The notes under the pieces are model-generated. The model ran no database searches and was not told the origin of the DNA. It saw nothing but the letters and a program-made list of their open reading frames with translations. The translations under genes were made by a program, and so were the position numbers. Below, in pieces: positions 1 to 14,004 of a stretch of DNA of 64,000 nt. Positions within the stretch are counted from its first letter, which is position 1. The number at the start of each line of letters is the position of its first letter. Source of the stretch: Eledone cirrhosa (Eukaryota); NCBI GenBank assembly GCA_964016885.1, contig OZ024742.1:33294001-33358000 (forward strand), in the 5' to 3' direction.

Positions 1-1536
1 GCTATTACACATCCAGCGGATCATGCAAGCTTCGTTCCTCTCCAGTCTGCGTATATCCTCTGCACACAATGCCCAGGTCTCACTGCCATGTAACATTGCT
101 GTTCATATGCAGGCATCATACAGCCTGCCTTTCATTTTTAGAGAGAATCCTTTAGCGGCTAATAGTGGTATAAGCTCTCTGAACTTTTTCCATCCAGTTC
201 TGACTCTAGCTACTGTACTTTCAGAGCACCCTCCCCCACTGCTGATTTTGTCACCCAGGTAACGGAGTGAGCTAGTATTCTGTGGGCACTTGCTGCTACT
301 TATTGCACCAGAGCACCGGCCACATATAAAATCTATGTTCTTAGTTAGCTTACCTGTGATCCCACTGCATCTTTTATGCACCCATACTTTGCATTTGGGA
401 CATAAAATGGAGTTTCTACCTACTCCATTCCTACGCACTGAGCATGGCCATTTCCCGGATGGGACCGGCACCCTATTTTCCTTCCTACAAACTAGAACTT
501 TAGTCTTAGACAGGTTAATTTTAAGGCCTTTTGATTCTAGGCCATGCTTCCATGTTTGGAGTTTCTTCTCTAGTTCGGCCATTGATTCAGCTATGAGCGT
601 TAGATCATCTGCGTATAGGAGATCCCATGGACTGCCAGTCTTGAACTCCACTGTTATAGCCTGAAGGGCAATAATAAATAGTAGGGGGCTAAGAACGGAG
701 CCCTGATGAACACCAACTTTTACGCTAAACTCTTCACTATATTCGTTAACCTTGCTGACTGTTTCTTTATACATGGCTTGTATAGCTCTCACAAGCCATT
801 CGTCGACACCTAGTTTTCTAAGAACCCACCAGATAATGGAACGGGGGACTCTGTCGAAGGCTTTCTCCAAGTCGACAAAAGCTAAGTATAGGGGTTTACT
901 TTTAGCTAGGTACTTCTCCTGTAGTTGTCGTACAGTGAAATGGAGTTTTACCTGACACAAACCCGAACAGCATTTCATCTAGATCAATTATCTCTCTGAT
1001 TAGTTGCGCTATTACTTTTTCTGTGACCTTCATGACCTGGTCGATTAATTTAATGCCTCTATAGTTACTCCAATCTAGGGCATCTCCTTTACCCTTGTAC
1101 CAGTTAATGATGATGCTGCTACGCCAGTCCTTTGGAACAACCCCATTCTGTATGACTTGGTTTACTATCCAGGTGACCATGGTGTGTCCCACCGTTCCAG
1201 AAGCTTTCAGCATTTCAGCAACTATTTCCGAAAGCCCAGCCGCCTTACCCGTCTTCATATCTTTGATTGCCTTACTTATTATACTACCTTCGACTAACAC
1301 TGCTGGTCCCTCTATTGGGTCGATGTGGGGAGACTGTCTTTCTCCCATTTATTCTCCTCATTTAGTAGCCTTTCGTAGTGACACTTCCAAGCTACCTTCT
1401 TATCAGCGTCAGTGATGGCAAGTACACCATCATCATTAAGGACAAACTTCTCCCCGACAATATCACGGTTTTCCTTGACACATTGCCTAGCAATCCTGAA
1501 CACCTCACGTTTTTGGTCCTCGCGTCGTAGAACATG
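1..1536 (-). mobile_element. RTE-clade LINE fragment (linker + RT, frameshifted), runs off window start
   Basis: ORFs 1312-1503, 902-1348, 103-978 give NYRGIKL, FVDLEKAFDRV, GVHQGSVLSPLLF, YADD, YLG motifs; C4HC3-like finger between YADD and YLG. Confidence 0.93.
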
Positions 1537-1573
1537 ATTGAACTATATATGTATATATATATATATATACATA

Positions 1574-2877
1574 TTTTACTTTGTTGACTTGGAGAAAGCC
1601 ATTCACAGAGTCCCCCGCTCCATTATCTGGTGGGCGCTTAGAAAACTAGGTGTTGATGAATGGCTTGTGAGAGCTATACAAGCCATGTATAAAGAAACAG
1701 TCAGCAAGGTTAGAATTAACAACGAATATAGTGAAGAGTTTAGCGTAAAAGTTGGTGTCAATCAGGGCTCCGTTCTTAGCCCCCTACTATTTATTATTGC
1801 CCTTCAGGCTATAACAGGAGTTCAAGACCAGCTGCCCATGGGAACTCCTATATGCAGATAATCTAACGCTCATAGCTGAATCAATGGCTGAACTAGAGAA
1901 GAAATTCCAAACATGGAAGCATGGCCTAGAATCAAAAGGCCTTAAAGTTAACTTGTCTAAGACTAAAGTTCTAGTTTGTAGGAAGGAAAATAGGGCACCG
2001 GTCCCATCTGGGAAATGGCCATGCTCAGTGTGTAGGAAAGGAGTAGGCAGAAACTCCATTTTATGTCCCAAATGCAAAGTATGGGTGCATAAAAGATGTA
2101 GTGGGATCACAGGTAAGCTAACTAAGAATATAGATTTTATATGTGGCTGGTGCAATAAGTAGCAGCAAGTGCCCACGGAATACTAGCTCATTCCATTGCA
2201 CAGATGGTTCTATAGAAATAGTGGACAAAATCAGCAGTGGGGGAGAGTGCTCTGAAAGTACAGTAGCTAGAGTCAGAACGGGATGGAAAAAGTTCAGAGA
2301 GCTTATACCACTATTGGCCGCTAAAGGGTTCTCTCTAAAAATGAAAGGCAGGCTGTATGATGCCTGCATACGAACAGCAATGTTACATGGCAGTGAGACC
2401 TGGGCATTGTGTGCAGAGGATATACGCAGACTGGAGAGAAACGAAGCTTGGATGCTCCGCTGGATGTGTAATAGTAATATACGTGAACGGCAAAGCATAA
2501 ACGAACTAAGGGAGAAATTAGGAATAAGAGGGATCAGATGTTGTTTACTCGAGAGAAGACTACGTTGGTACGGTCATGTGATGCGCTGTATAAAAAAGTA
2601 CATGGCGATAAAAATAGACGGTAGCTACGGAGTAGGCAGAGTGTCACGGCAAAAAAAAACACACAGTCCACGCTGTAATGTGGCGTGTAGGTAACACGGT
2701 AAAAACCTCCCAGTCCACACTGTAAACGCGGTTGGTGTTAGGAAGGGCATCCAGCCGTAGAAAACCCGCCAGACAGTCCTATATGAGCAGGACAACCAAT
2801 CTTGCCTTAGGTGGGAAAACTCCCGTCCAAACCCATGCAAGCGTGGAAGATGGACGTTAAACGATGATGATGATGAT
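1574..2877 (+). mobile_element. 5'-truncated RTE-clade LINE (RT C-terminal half, 3' UTR, (GAT)n tail) flanked by (TA)n
   Basis: FVDLEKA, GVNQGSVLSP, LHGSETW, RRLRWYGHVMR motifs; ends ggacgttaaacgatgatgat; TA runs on both sides. Confidence 0.92.
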
Positions 2878-2896
2878 ATATATATATATATATATC

Positions 2897-3324
2897 TTTG
2901 GCGCTACACAGTAATACAGAACACCCGCCTTGCCTAAGTACAAAGCGAAAGCTACAGTCAGTAGGCACCTCTAACAAAAATACACCCCGGCCCCACTAGC
3001 CCCCACCCCATCCTCACCACCCTTTCCAATGTAAAGTTATGTTGGTACCACAGCATCCAGTCCGAAACAAATGAGGCCGTGTAGGTGTCACGACAAAAAA
3101 AAACACACAGTCCACGCTGTAATGTGGCGGTAACACGGTAATAACCTCCCAGTCCACACTGTAAACGTGGTTGGTGTTAGGAAGGGCACCCAGCCATAGA
3201 AAACCCGCCAGACAGTCCTATATGAGCAAGACAACCAATCTTGCCTCAAATGGGAAAATTCCCGTCCAAACCCATGCTAGCGTGGAAGATGGACGTTAAA
3301 CGATGATGATGATGATGATGATGA
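2897..3324 (+). mobile_element. RTE 3'-end copy (3' UTR + (GAT)n tail)
   Basis: Same ggttggtgttaggaagggca...cccatgctagcgtggaagatggacgttaaacgatgat tail as 2640-2877. Confidence 0.8.
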
Positions 3325-3438
3325 TATATATATATATCAGAATGGATGTAGTAAAAACCTGTTAGACCATTACTCACCAGAGTACTCGATACATGGGATA
3401 GTATAATGTGGTAATATGAAAGATTTGGGACACCAACC

Positions 3439-3517
3439 GCTGAGCTCCTGCCATTTCAACAGCTAGTTCCGAACTGGGTCAGTTTGGAACTAGCTGTTGA
3501 AAAGGCAGGAGCTCAGC
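3439..3517. repeat. Near-perfect 38-bp-arm hairpin with 3-nt loop
   Basis: gctgagctcctgccatttcaacagctagttccgaactg-ggt-cagtttggaactagctgttgaaaaggcaggagctcagc. Confidence 0.95.
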
Positions 3518-5001
3518 TGTCAGGGTTCCGACTTTTTGACACACACATTTGTACCAAAATTAGAAATATATATATTTAATTATGTAATAAACAGCATGTC
3601 TTATGTTTATTACATAATTAAATAGCTCTGTAGCATACATAGAGCGCACACTCCCTTCCTACGGAAATACTTCATATATATAAATATATATATATATTCT
3701 TTATTATGGTTAAGTGATGTGTACTCACAGGTGAAATTCTTGAGTAAAAGACTCATCACTTAGCCACAATAAAGAATATTTAAACTCTACTTTGGTATTT
3801 TGTATTCATTCTCACATACAAGATATGTCACAGAAGTAACAGGACTTAGCGTTCTGTGTGAGCTATGAGTAGGGTAGGGATTAGCAGGTTTGACACTGTA
3901 CTCCAGGGAGTATATAACGGTATCCTCAAATTGGAGACCTGGCCTAAAGGCTTACACAAAAGTAGGCTCTGATAAAGAAACACATGGGTCAGGTGGTACT
4001 GTTGAAACCAGGTGATGGATTAAGTCCATCACTACCACCAAAATAGGCCATGCTGGGATTTGAACTCAGAACACAAAGAGCAAGGAGAATTACTGCAAAA
4101 CATTTCATCCGAAGCTCTAACAATTCTCCCACCCCACTGGATTTTATTTCATGATCTTCAAAAAGATGAACAGCAAAGTAGACATCAATGGGATTTGAAC
4201 TCAGAATACATAGAAGCTAGACAAACATTGTAAGGCATCACATCAGACACTAACAATTCCATCAGTACCTTGAACTTGAGATTTATTTTATTGACTCTGA
4301 AATGAAGAAAAGCGAAGTTGACCCTGGTGAAATTTAAACTTGGAGTGCATAGAGCAGGAACAAATACTACAAGGCATCTTGTCCAATGTTTGATTGTATT
4401 TAAGAACAAAAAATAACAATAAAACGATACACCCTCCTCCCACACATATGCACTGTTATGACTAATAAAATCTTTCTCAGTATCATTTCCTACTTGAATT
4501 TAAGTAATGTTTGTGTTCATTAATAAACCTGACAATGAATTAAATAAACTACTGAAACAGCTCATTTATATTTTACAATTTTAACACAGATGAAATATGA
4601 AATATGAAATATGAATTGAAGTTATAACAAAATTATTTTAAATATTCTGACATCCTGAAATTTTTTGGCTGATATTTTGATTATTAAATAAATTCTTTAT
4701 GACATCATGCCATTTTCTATTATAACAGCAGAGTGACAAAGAAGAAAGAAGGATTTTCTATGTAGCAAGATGCACAGGAGTAGTTCAGTATGAACTGAAT
4801 TCTTTTAAATGCCTGGAAGTTTCCCCACAATTGTTGACAGCGCTTGTTAATTAGGTAATTTAGATAATGTAATCAGCAGTGGGGGTGGGTGTTGTGAAAC
4901 AAAAGTATAGTAGTCAAGGTAGGAATGGGATGAAAAAAGTTCAGGGAACTATTACGTTTGTTGGTAACAAATGGGTTCTCTCCCAGCAGATTGTATGATG
5001 C

Positions 5002-5229
5002 TTAACCCTTTAGCATTTAAACCATCCATATCCAGCCAGAATTCTTTCACCTCTTTCTGTTCAAACCGGTCTTAACCGGCCACTCATACTGACATTAAGG
5101 TATTGTTCTCAAAATAAATAATATCAAAATCTCATAGATTCGATATTATGTGAGATAATTATGTGATCTAAAGCCTTTACCATGAAAATACAATAGTATA
5201 TATAGAGTAATACTACGGCTAAGGATTGA
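5002..5229. mobile_element. piggyBac-like MITE family A
   Basis: TTAA + CCCTTTAGCATTTA terminus; body shared with other copies in the window. Confidence 0.75.
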
Positions 5230-5426
5230 TCCTTTTTATACCAAACCACCCTTGGTTCTATGTTTAAAAAAAAAATGTTGAGGCAATTTTTTACAGTTGG
5301 ATGCTCTTCCTAATACTAATCCTTTTATTTGCTTCTTATGACATGCAGGGATATGGTACACCATACAAATGGTACAGTACATGGAAGAAATATATTAGTT
5401 TAACACTTGAAACAGCAGGAAAAGAG

Positions 5427-5463
5427 TCTTAACGTTTCGGACACTAGTCTTTCATCAGGAGAT
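5427..5463 (-). ncRNA. Minimal hammerhead ribozyme motif (Penelope-type, decayed stems)
   Basis: Minus strand tctc-CTGATGA-a-agac-tagt-gtcc-GAAAC-GTT-aaga; flank homologous to 40567-40660. Confidence 0.65.
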
Positions 5464-6151
5464 AGAAAGACTTTAATTAGATTTAAACTTTAAACAGCAA
5501 AGCAGTGAAAACATAGTGTGTACAAGATCTTAAGCTCTTTAATACACATGAATGTTTTTAGATATATATATATGTATGTATGAGTATGTGTGAATGGGTG
5601 CATGTATTTGAGTATGTGTACATGACTGTAAGTGTGTGTGTGTTCGTGAGCATATGTGAGTGTATGTGTGTATAATGAGAGCGAGTCTCTATGCGTGTTT
5701 GTGAATCTGCAGAAATATATATGATCATATGACTGACTGGTTAATGAGTTTGACATTTAAGCTTATAAAACACTGACACATTTTTTCTGATTTTGATGTT
5801 ATATTGATATATAAACACAAAAACCATATTATTTCCAATACTTCAAGTATCCGACACACATTTTCTAGGTTTAAAAAGCACTGGAAAATAATAAAAAGAA
5901 AAAATATAAAAAACTCTTACAGTGCAATATAAATAGTCCCTCTATGTGTATGTATGTGAAAGAGAGAGGGAGCGTGTGTGTGTGTGCGTGAGCATAGCTC
6001 AGTATTACACCTTTTGATAGTCAGCCACCCGAAATTGCTTCATTCTATGATACAAAGCTGGAAACCCTGAAAAGGGTCATGGGCTCTACCCTACTCTCCC
6101 TGACTAAAAAAAAATAAAACTTGCCTGACACCATCCTAGGTCCTACTATAC

Positions 6152-6318
6152 CAGGGTTTCCCAAACTTCTTCAAACGTGGAACTTTTTTTTTTGTTCAGA
6201 AACTTTTTGGGGAACCCCAAAGTTTAATACTGTTACATTGGTCATGATATAAATATATTCCTCTACCTTTTTTCACGGAATCCCAGACACTCCGCGGAAC
6301 CCACTTTGCAAAGCACTG
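6152..6318. mobile_element. hAT (Charlie-like) MITE
   Basis: cagggtttcccaaac ... ctttgcaaagcactg termini; imperfect TSD tactatac/tacataca. Confidence 0.65.
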
Positions 6319-6387
6319 TACATACAAAACCTCACATTTGAAATTTCACATCAGAACCTTTTGCTAAGTTATCTTCCAAACACCAGT

Positions 6388-6636
6388 TTAACTCTTTTAA
6401 TACCAAACTGCCTGAAACTATTCCTGGTTCTGTAATACAAAACTGTTTTTATATTTATCTAAGAACCTTCAATCATAATTTTATGTAAGAACCTTTGTTA
6501 GGTTATATTCAAAATGCCAGCTTAATAATGAGAAATTTATATTACTAAATTCCTCCAAATTTTTCATTATTTTCAAAAATTATTTGAAAATCATAGGCAG
6601 TGTCTTTCATTAGAAATATGGTAATGAAAGGGTTAA
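6388..6636. mobile_element. piggyBac-like MITE family B
   Basis: TTAA ends, ...ggtaatgaaagggTTAA; related copies near 12311, 13040-13293, 26160-26396, 61030-61937. Confidence 0.7.
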
Positions 6637-6996
6637 TATTTCCAATGACTCAGTATGTATGTGTAAGGGCAGTGAATTGGCTGAGTTGTTAGAGCAGTGG
6701 ATTAAATGCCTTGCAATATTTGTTCTGGCTCTCGTCACTCTCAGTTCAATCCCTTTCAAAATCAACTTTGTTTTCATTCTTTCAGGTTCAATAAATAAAG
6801 TACCAGTTCAGGGTGGTGGGTTGGCAGAATAGTTAAAGTGTCAGACAAGGTATTTTGTAGTATCTGTTCCAGCACTATGCATTTTGAGTTCAAATCCCAC
6901 CTCCTGTTTTTATTTTAAAATTCTGGCATGGTAGGATTGAGGTCCTTATTAAAACATCCAAGAAACCTCCCAGGTTGCAAGCCCATAGGAGGTCAG

Positions 6997-7213
6997 TTAA
7001 CCCTTTAACATTTACATTACTCTATATTTACTATTGTATATTCATGGTAAAGGCTTTAACTCCCATCATCTTGAGTCTACAAGAGTTTGATGATGTTATT
7101 GTTTATTTTAAGAACAATATCTTAACATTGGTGTGAGCTGCTGGTTATGGCCAGTTTCAAAAAGGGGAAACAATTCTGGCCGGATACAGCCAGTTTAAAT
7201 GCTAAAGGGTTAA
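6997..7213. mobile_element. piggyBac-like MITE family A
   Basis: TTAAccctttaacattta ... taaatgctaaagggTTAA. Confidence 0.8.
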
Positions 7214-8073
7214 ACATAGTTTTGAGACAAAAACAACATTGGTTGTTTTAAGCATACTATTCTTTGATATGTTGTTATGTTAAAGTACAAGCCAATGGCT
7301 CGAAACAGCAGCCAAATGTCCCCCAAATCACACAACCATTTTATTATAATACAAAATATTGGCATAGAATCAGTAACATTTTTAAACATTTTGCTTTTGT
7401 CTAGGTATTTTAACATTTACCCAATTATATAAAAAAAAACAAAAAACAAATATGTCATTATCAGTGCTTCTCAAATACAGCATGATTAAAAAAAAAAAAG
7501 ATCTAATACATTAAAACATAGAAAGTTAGATGGCAGAATCAGAATAGGAAAGGACAAGAATATTTTGTGGTGTTTAGTTATGTCTATTTTCTGAGGTCAT
7601 CTCTGCCTCTCATCCCTCCGGTGGGACAATAAAATAAGCACCAGTGAAATTATAGGATCGATATAGTAAACTATATACACCCACAAAATTTCTGGCCAGG
7701 AGTCAATGTTAGAAATTATTATCATTATTAATATTGCTATTATTAAGAGTGGTTGGTGCATTGACAGAATCACCAGAGCATTGGACAAAATAATTGTAGT
7801 ATTTCTTGTGGCTCTTTACCTTCAGATTTCAAATTTTGCCAAAGTCCATTTTGCCTTTCATCCATCCAGGGTCGATAGAATAGAGTACCAATTAAGTACT
7901 GGGGTCAATTTAATCAACAAACTCTTCCCTCTAAATTTCTGGCCTTTTTTCTTTGTTAGGGACAATTATTATCTTGGCACCAGTGGCCAATAAAGAAATC
8001 CTTATTATTACCATTATTAGATGGAAGTATAGGTATAAGCATAAGAATACCTTATGGTATTTAGCTATATCTT

Positions 8074-8272
8074 TTAACCCTTTAGCATCTACATTATATA
8101 TACTATTATATTTTCACCTTAAAGGCTTTACCTCACATAATATCGAATCTATAAGATTTTGATATTATTTAATTTAAGAACAATATCTTAACATCAGTAT
8201 GAGCAGCCGGTTTGAATAGAAAAAGTGAGAGAATTCTGGCCAGTTAGGCCAGTTTAAATGCTAAAGGGTTAA
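8074..8272. mobile_element. piggyBac-like MITE family A
   Basis: TTAAccctttagcat ... atgctaaagggTTAA. Confidence 0.8.
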
Positions 8273-8518
8273 ATTATAATTTTGTTACACTGTAAATACC
8301 ATTTTAATACTGAAATAATCAATAACTTTAGTAAATTCCTCCAAATTCTACAATAACTAACTCAAATGCAGTGTATTTCATTAGGAATATGGTAATGGAA
8401 GGTTTATACTCTGAGTTTCAAATTAGAATCTAGCTTGACTTTGTGGTTCATTTTTATGGTGTTTATAAAACAAAAAACCATCACGCAAATACTGGAGTCA
8501 ATATAACTTACTATATCT

Positions 8519-8747
8519 TTAATCCTTTAGCATTTAAACTGGCCATATCTAGCCAGAATTCTCTCACCTCTTTCTGTTCAAACTAGTTGAAACTAGCTAC
8601 TCATACTGATGTTAAGGTATTGTTCTCAAAATAAATAACATCAAAATGTTGTAGATTCGATATTATGTGAGATAATTATGTAAGGTAAAGCCTTTACCAC
8701 AAAAATACAATAGTATATATAGAGTAATGTAAATGCTAAAGGGTTAA
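8519..8747. mobile_element. piggyBac-like MITE family A, inverted relative to 8074-8272
   Basis: TTAAtcctttagcattta ... taaatgctaaagggTTAA. Confidence 0.8.
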
Positions 8748-9769
8748 AAGGCAATGCCCCAGCCCCAGCATGCCCCCTCCCACCATTACCAGTCCAATGA
8801 ACAAAAACCAGAATATTAGAACTCTTCTAGGAAAATAACTAATTCTCTACCAAAAGCAACTGGATGATAGATATCTATTTTTAACTTCCTTTCTTAACAA
8901 AAGAAATATATGAAAGAATAAAGTACATATACACCTGAAGATCGGGCTCTCTAGAGATAAATCTATTGAAAAACTACTATATAATTTGTAGGTGAGTAAC
9001 CCTAAATATTTTTTATATTTTATTATATGTGCAAGCCCTTGTGACTAATAAAGAAATCATTATTGTATAACCAACATCCTTTCGAGGTTGATAAAATAAA
9101 TTACCAGTAACGCACTGGGTTGATTTAATTGACTTTCCCCTCCCCCCAAATTGTTGGCCTTGTGCCTAAATCAGAAACCATTATTATATAACCAACAATA
9201 AGAAATATCAATTATATTTTATTAAAATGTAACAATGCATATTTGATTTTGTTTGTTGGACTCCCTCTTTTTCTCTTCACACACACTAATATATATGTGT
9301 GCATGTGTGTACGCGCGTGTATGTGTGTGTGTGTTTGCAAAACATTTATTTTTCTTGTTCCATAATAAATATTTGAGAAAGAAATCTATGAAGGAAGATA
9401 GAATTACAAAGAAAGAAAATAATAAATGAATAAAAAAAAAAAGGAATAAAAGAACATAAGAATGTAAAGTTGAGAAGTATTAGCAGCAAATTCTGGGAAA
9501 AGAATTTACAAGAATATATTCTTGATTTCTGACCTAAGCTGTCAATAAACATTTAACTGATTTACAAAGATACATACTTAACTACTTATAGAGCACAGGC
9601 ATGGTTAAAAAGCTCACTAAGATGCAAACACATGGTTTCTGTTTCAATTCCATTACATGGTGCCCTGAGTAAGGGTCTTTTACCAAACACCTAAGGCCTA
9701 TTTAATTTCTCCCTTTGTGAGAGAAAAGTGTTTGGTGGTGAATGTATGGAAATTCAGTTAACAGACATA

Positions 9770-10025
9770 GACTTGTGAGTTTCTCGCCCAAAACAACATT
9801 GTATCGCTTCTGCACCTGCCCTATTCACCAGATTTAGCACCTGCTCACTTCTATCTCTTCTCCAAGCTGAAAATGAAACTTAAAAGTTGTCGTTTTAAAA
9901 CTGTTGCCAAGATCCAGAGCAAATCACGACAGTCCTTGAATCACTTACAGAAAATGACTTCCAGGCCAGATTCCAATGGCAGGAACACTAGGACTGGTGT
10001 ATTGTTGCACAAGGTGACTATTTTC
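9770..10025 (+). mobile_element. mariner transposase C-terminal remnant
   Basis: Translates HLPYSPDLAPAHFYLFSKLKMKLKSCRF and WCIVAQGDYF; YSPDL is the mariner motif. Confidence 0.8.
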
Positions 10026-10429
10026 TTTTCGGCTCTGAAGATCAGATCATATCATTGTTTCATTTTATTATCATTTGCTCTTATCGATTATATAATCGAT
10101 AATTTTCATCTGTATGTGCCAGATTCTGATATGATTTTTCAAACAATTGTAAGCCATTAAATATATTTGTTCAAGAATTTGGAATTGTTTTCTCTAACAT
10201 TTAATTTCTATATTAATGCTCTGCTTATACACTTTTTGCTTAACATTATTTCTCTTGCTTACTTACATTGTTCGCTTGTCTTGCATCTAATACGCATTGA
10301 GCACACTGTCCCCCTCACTACTGGCATATAATTCTCATAACTAATCTCTTATCTCTCCTTGATTAGTTTGTACGCATAATTTTGATATATACATACCTAC
10401 ATTTATATATATATATACCCCTACTCCAT

Positions 10430-10760
10430 CCCCCCACTCCCACCAACACCATCCTTTCTCTGTAAAGTTATGTTGGTACCACAACATCCAGTCCAAACTA
10501 AAGCGGTCGTGTAGGTGTGTCAGTCCACGCTGTAATGTGGACGTGTAGGAGGCACAGTAAAAAGGCTCCCAGTCCACACTGTAAATGTGGTTGGTGTTAG
10601 GAAGGGCATCTAGCTGTAGAAAACCTGCCAGATACAGTCCTATACGAGCGAGACATGGTCACCCAATCAATCTTACCTCAAGTGGTATAATTTCCGTCTA
10701 ACCCATGCTAGCGTGGAAGATATACGTTAAACAATGATGATGATTATGATGATGATGATT
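10430..10760 (+). mobile_element. RTE 3' UTR copy
   Basis: Shared tail and (GAT)n end, followed by TA run. Confidence 0.75.
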
Positions 10761-12437
10761 ATATATACATAAGTTTTCAAAATCAGAACTTCAAAAAGAA
10801 ATCAAGTTGAAGTTTTCTGAGAGAAAAGGACAGAAACTGACAAAAATATAAAAAAAAAAAAATAAATATACAAACCAAAAGAGTACAAAATAGAAATTTA
10901 TGGAAGTTTATAAAAATGATGATTTTTGAAAAGGTTTGGTTGGGTGGATGGCTTTAGAAATAATGAGAAGCGAAGGCAATTAGGATCTATATTAGGGAAA
11001 CAATGATTAATTCAATTATCTTAATCAGATCTTTAAACTAATTGCCTATGTTATTGATTAATCTGTAAGGATTGTTATTTGTGTTGCCATTAACAACTAG
11101 TAACCAAGGTACTGTACTAGACAGATATTTTTGCACAGAACACTAACAGTGCTGGGATCAAAGCTAGTGTATTAATAAGTCATCATCATCATCCTTATCA
11201 TTTTACATCTGTTTTCCATAGTGACATGGGTTGGACAGGTAGTCAGGGTTTGCGACAAGACATGATCTGATAATCCTGCCTTATGCATATATTCCATATT
11301 TTAGCATGGTTTCTATGCCAGAATACTTTTCTTAATGACAAACACTTTGCAAAGTGTTCTGAGTGCATTTTATCATGGCACTAGTACTGTCACTTTACAG
11401 AGTATACTGAGTACACCAACATAACCACTTTATGGAATATACAGGGTGGATTTTATCATGGCATCAGCACCACTTTACAGAATGTACTGGGTGTATTTTT
11501 TCATAGCATCAGCACTACCACTTTACAGAGTATACTGGAAGCATTTTATGATGACATCATCATCATCTGTTTTTCTTGCTGTCAGCTTGAGAGAGAGAGA
11601 GGGGGGTGTGTGTGGCTAAAACAGTCAAGACATTCGTCTACTAGTTCATGCATTTTAAGTTTAAAGACAAATTGGTAAAATCATAAGAGTCTGGGATAAA
11701 ATGCCTTGAGGTATTTGTACTGGCTCTCTGAGTTCTGAGTTCAAATCCCATTGGTTAATTTTGCCTTTTGTCCTTTCAGAGTTGATAAAATAAAGTAAAG
11801 TATCAAAGGTGTCAAATATACCACTTATCAGCAGGTCAATACGTGGACAGAGACTCTATATTTACTATTGTATTTTCATGGTAAACACATTATCTCATCA
11901 AAACTGCGAGATTTTGATAACATTCATTTTGAGAACACTACCTTAACATAAGTATGGGCAGCTGGTTATGGACGGTTTGAACAGAAAGAGGTGAGAGAAT
12001 TCTAGCCAGATACAGACGATTTAAATACTAAAGGGTTAACCTTTTCTTGACCATCCACATATAATTTACAAAACGATTTTTATTTGTTGATACAAAAACA
12101 AAATAGTCTGGAAGTAGGGGGGATGTCAAATGAAAAAGAGAGTGTGAGTAGAAGAATAAAATTGAGAGAGTTGCAGTAAGAGTTTTATGAGTGGTTGGAG
12201 AGGGAGGTATCATGTAATTAAATGGAAAAAGCAAAACAACACAATTAATATGAAGTGTTATACAAGATATTTCAAAAATAATTTCCAAAAGTAAGAAAGT
12301 AATTTAATATTTAACCCTTTTGATACCAAACTGAGACTGACCCTAGCTGTTTATTTTAAAGTGTTTATAATTATCTAAAAACCTTCCATCATAGTTTTAT
12401 GTAAGAGTCTTTGTTAAATTATGTTCGAAATAACAAC

Positions 12438-12648
12438 TTAACCCTTTACATTACTCTATATAAACAATTGTATTTTCGCAGTAAAGGCTTTAGCTCACAT
12501 AATTATCTCACTTAATATCGAATCTACAAGATTTTGATATTATTTATTTTGAGAGTAATATCTTAACATCAGTATGAGCAGCCAATTTGAACAGAAAGGG
12601 GTGAGAGAATTCTGGCCAGATATGGCTGGTTTAAATGCTAAAGGGTTA
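12438..12648. mobile_element. piggyBac-like MITE family A nested in a family B copy
   Basis: TTAAcccttta ... taaatgctaaagggTTAA; family B sequence resumes after it. Confidence 0.75.
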
Positions 12649-14004
12649 ATGAGAAAATTACTTGTATTATTAAATCCATCCAAATTCTTGATTATTTTCA
12701 AAATGATTAAATAAAGATTCTCTAGCATTAATAAAACTATCATATTTTATGGATCTTATATAATAATAATAATAATAATGAAAATTATTGTGTACAGTGC
12801 TCCCATGCTAGTGTGGAAGATGGATGTTAAACAATGATGATGATGATGATGATGATGAGTGCTCAGATGCACTTTTATGGAAACAATAGTATTTCTAATA
12901 AAACACACTACTAAGTGTTTTAATAAATTTTGAAAATGGTAACAAATTTGAAGAGATTAGTAAAATAGCAAAGTGTTGCTTATTAAACTGATATTTGGGA
13001 CATAACTTAGGTTGTAACATAAATGGTGACAACAAGCTTTAATATAAATATGAACACTATCCCTTTTATTACCATATTTCTAATGAAACACTTGCAGTGT
13101 TTCAATCAATTTTGAAAATAAAAAAAAAGACTGGAGGAATTAAGTAAAATAACTAATGATTGCATTAACAAAAATTTCTTACATAAAATCATGTTTCAAG
13201 GTTTTCGCAAAAGCATGAATACTCTAAAATGAGCAGCTTTTTTTATCGTGAAACCAGATCTGGTTTTATGTGGGTCACTATCAAAAGGGTTAAAACAAAA
13301 AGTTTTGTATCTTAGAATCATAGTTGGTTTTAGGGAGGTTGGTATTAAAATAGTTAATCCAATATAGAATGTGAAGCTAAACCCTAGATTTATGCTAATA
13401 TCATTATGATTTTAATGTTGTGCTGAAGAAATAAAATAAAATAAAATAAAATAAAATGGAGATTAGTGTCTTGCAGATATATATAGGATGTGAGGTGATG
13501 GTGGAAGGAAAGCAGTCTTTAGAATTAAGGATTTCATGTAATGTTGTGTGAGTATGTGTGTGTGTGAATGCGAGAGAGAGAGAGAGAGAGAGACTATGAT
13601 TCAGTTAAAATCTGGTGAGAAATATAGAAGCGTGTAAGTTGTAGTTCCTTTCAGATAAGGATGGGGGGTGGGGGAAGAGCTGGTAAGTTCAGACCAACGG
13701 ACTGAGTTCTAGGAATAGCTTCCAAGCATATAAAAGACGAGCATTTTAACCAATCTTATCCTATTTGGCACATATTTAGAGGTTTTTTCTGCAATGCAAA
13801 CATCCACCATTTAAAAAAATTTGATTTAATTCAATTTAATTTTTTTTTTTTTAATATGCAGAACTAGCTGTAAGAGAAAGCATGCTTAGAATTTACCAGA
13901 GGATAAATAGGACATTAAAAAAACAATGATGATTCAATATGGAAAGCTATAGGACATCTTTTAATAATAAATCCTCTGCAATCGTTTTTTCATCAAGTAA
14001 TTTT

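Noticed and set aside
1-2877. Single twin-primed (5'-inverted) RTE insertion
   Set aside because: The two parts overlap by ~0.9 kb and carry independent indels.
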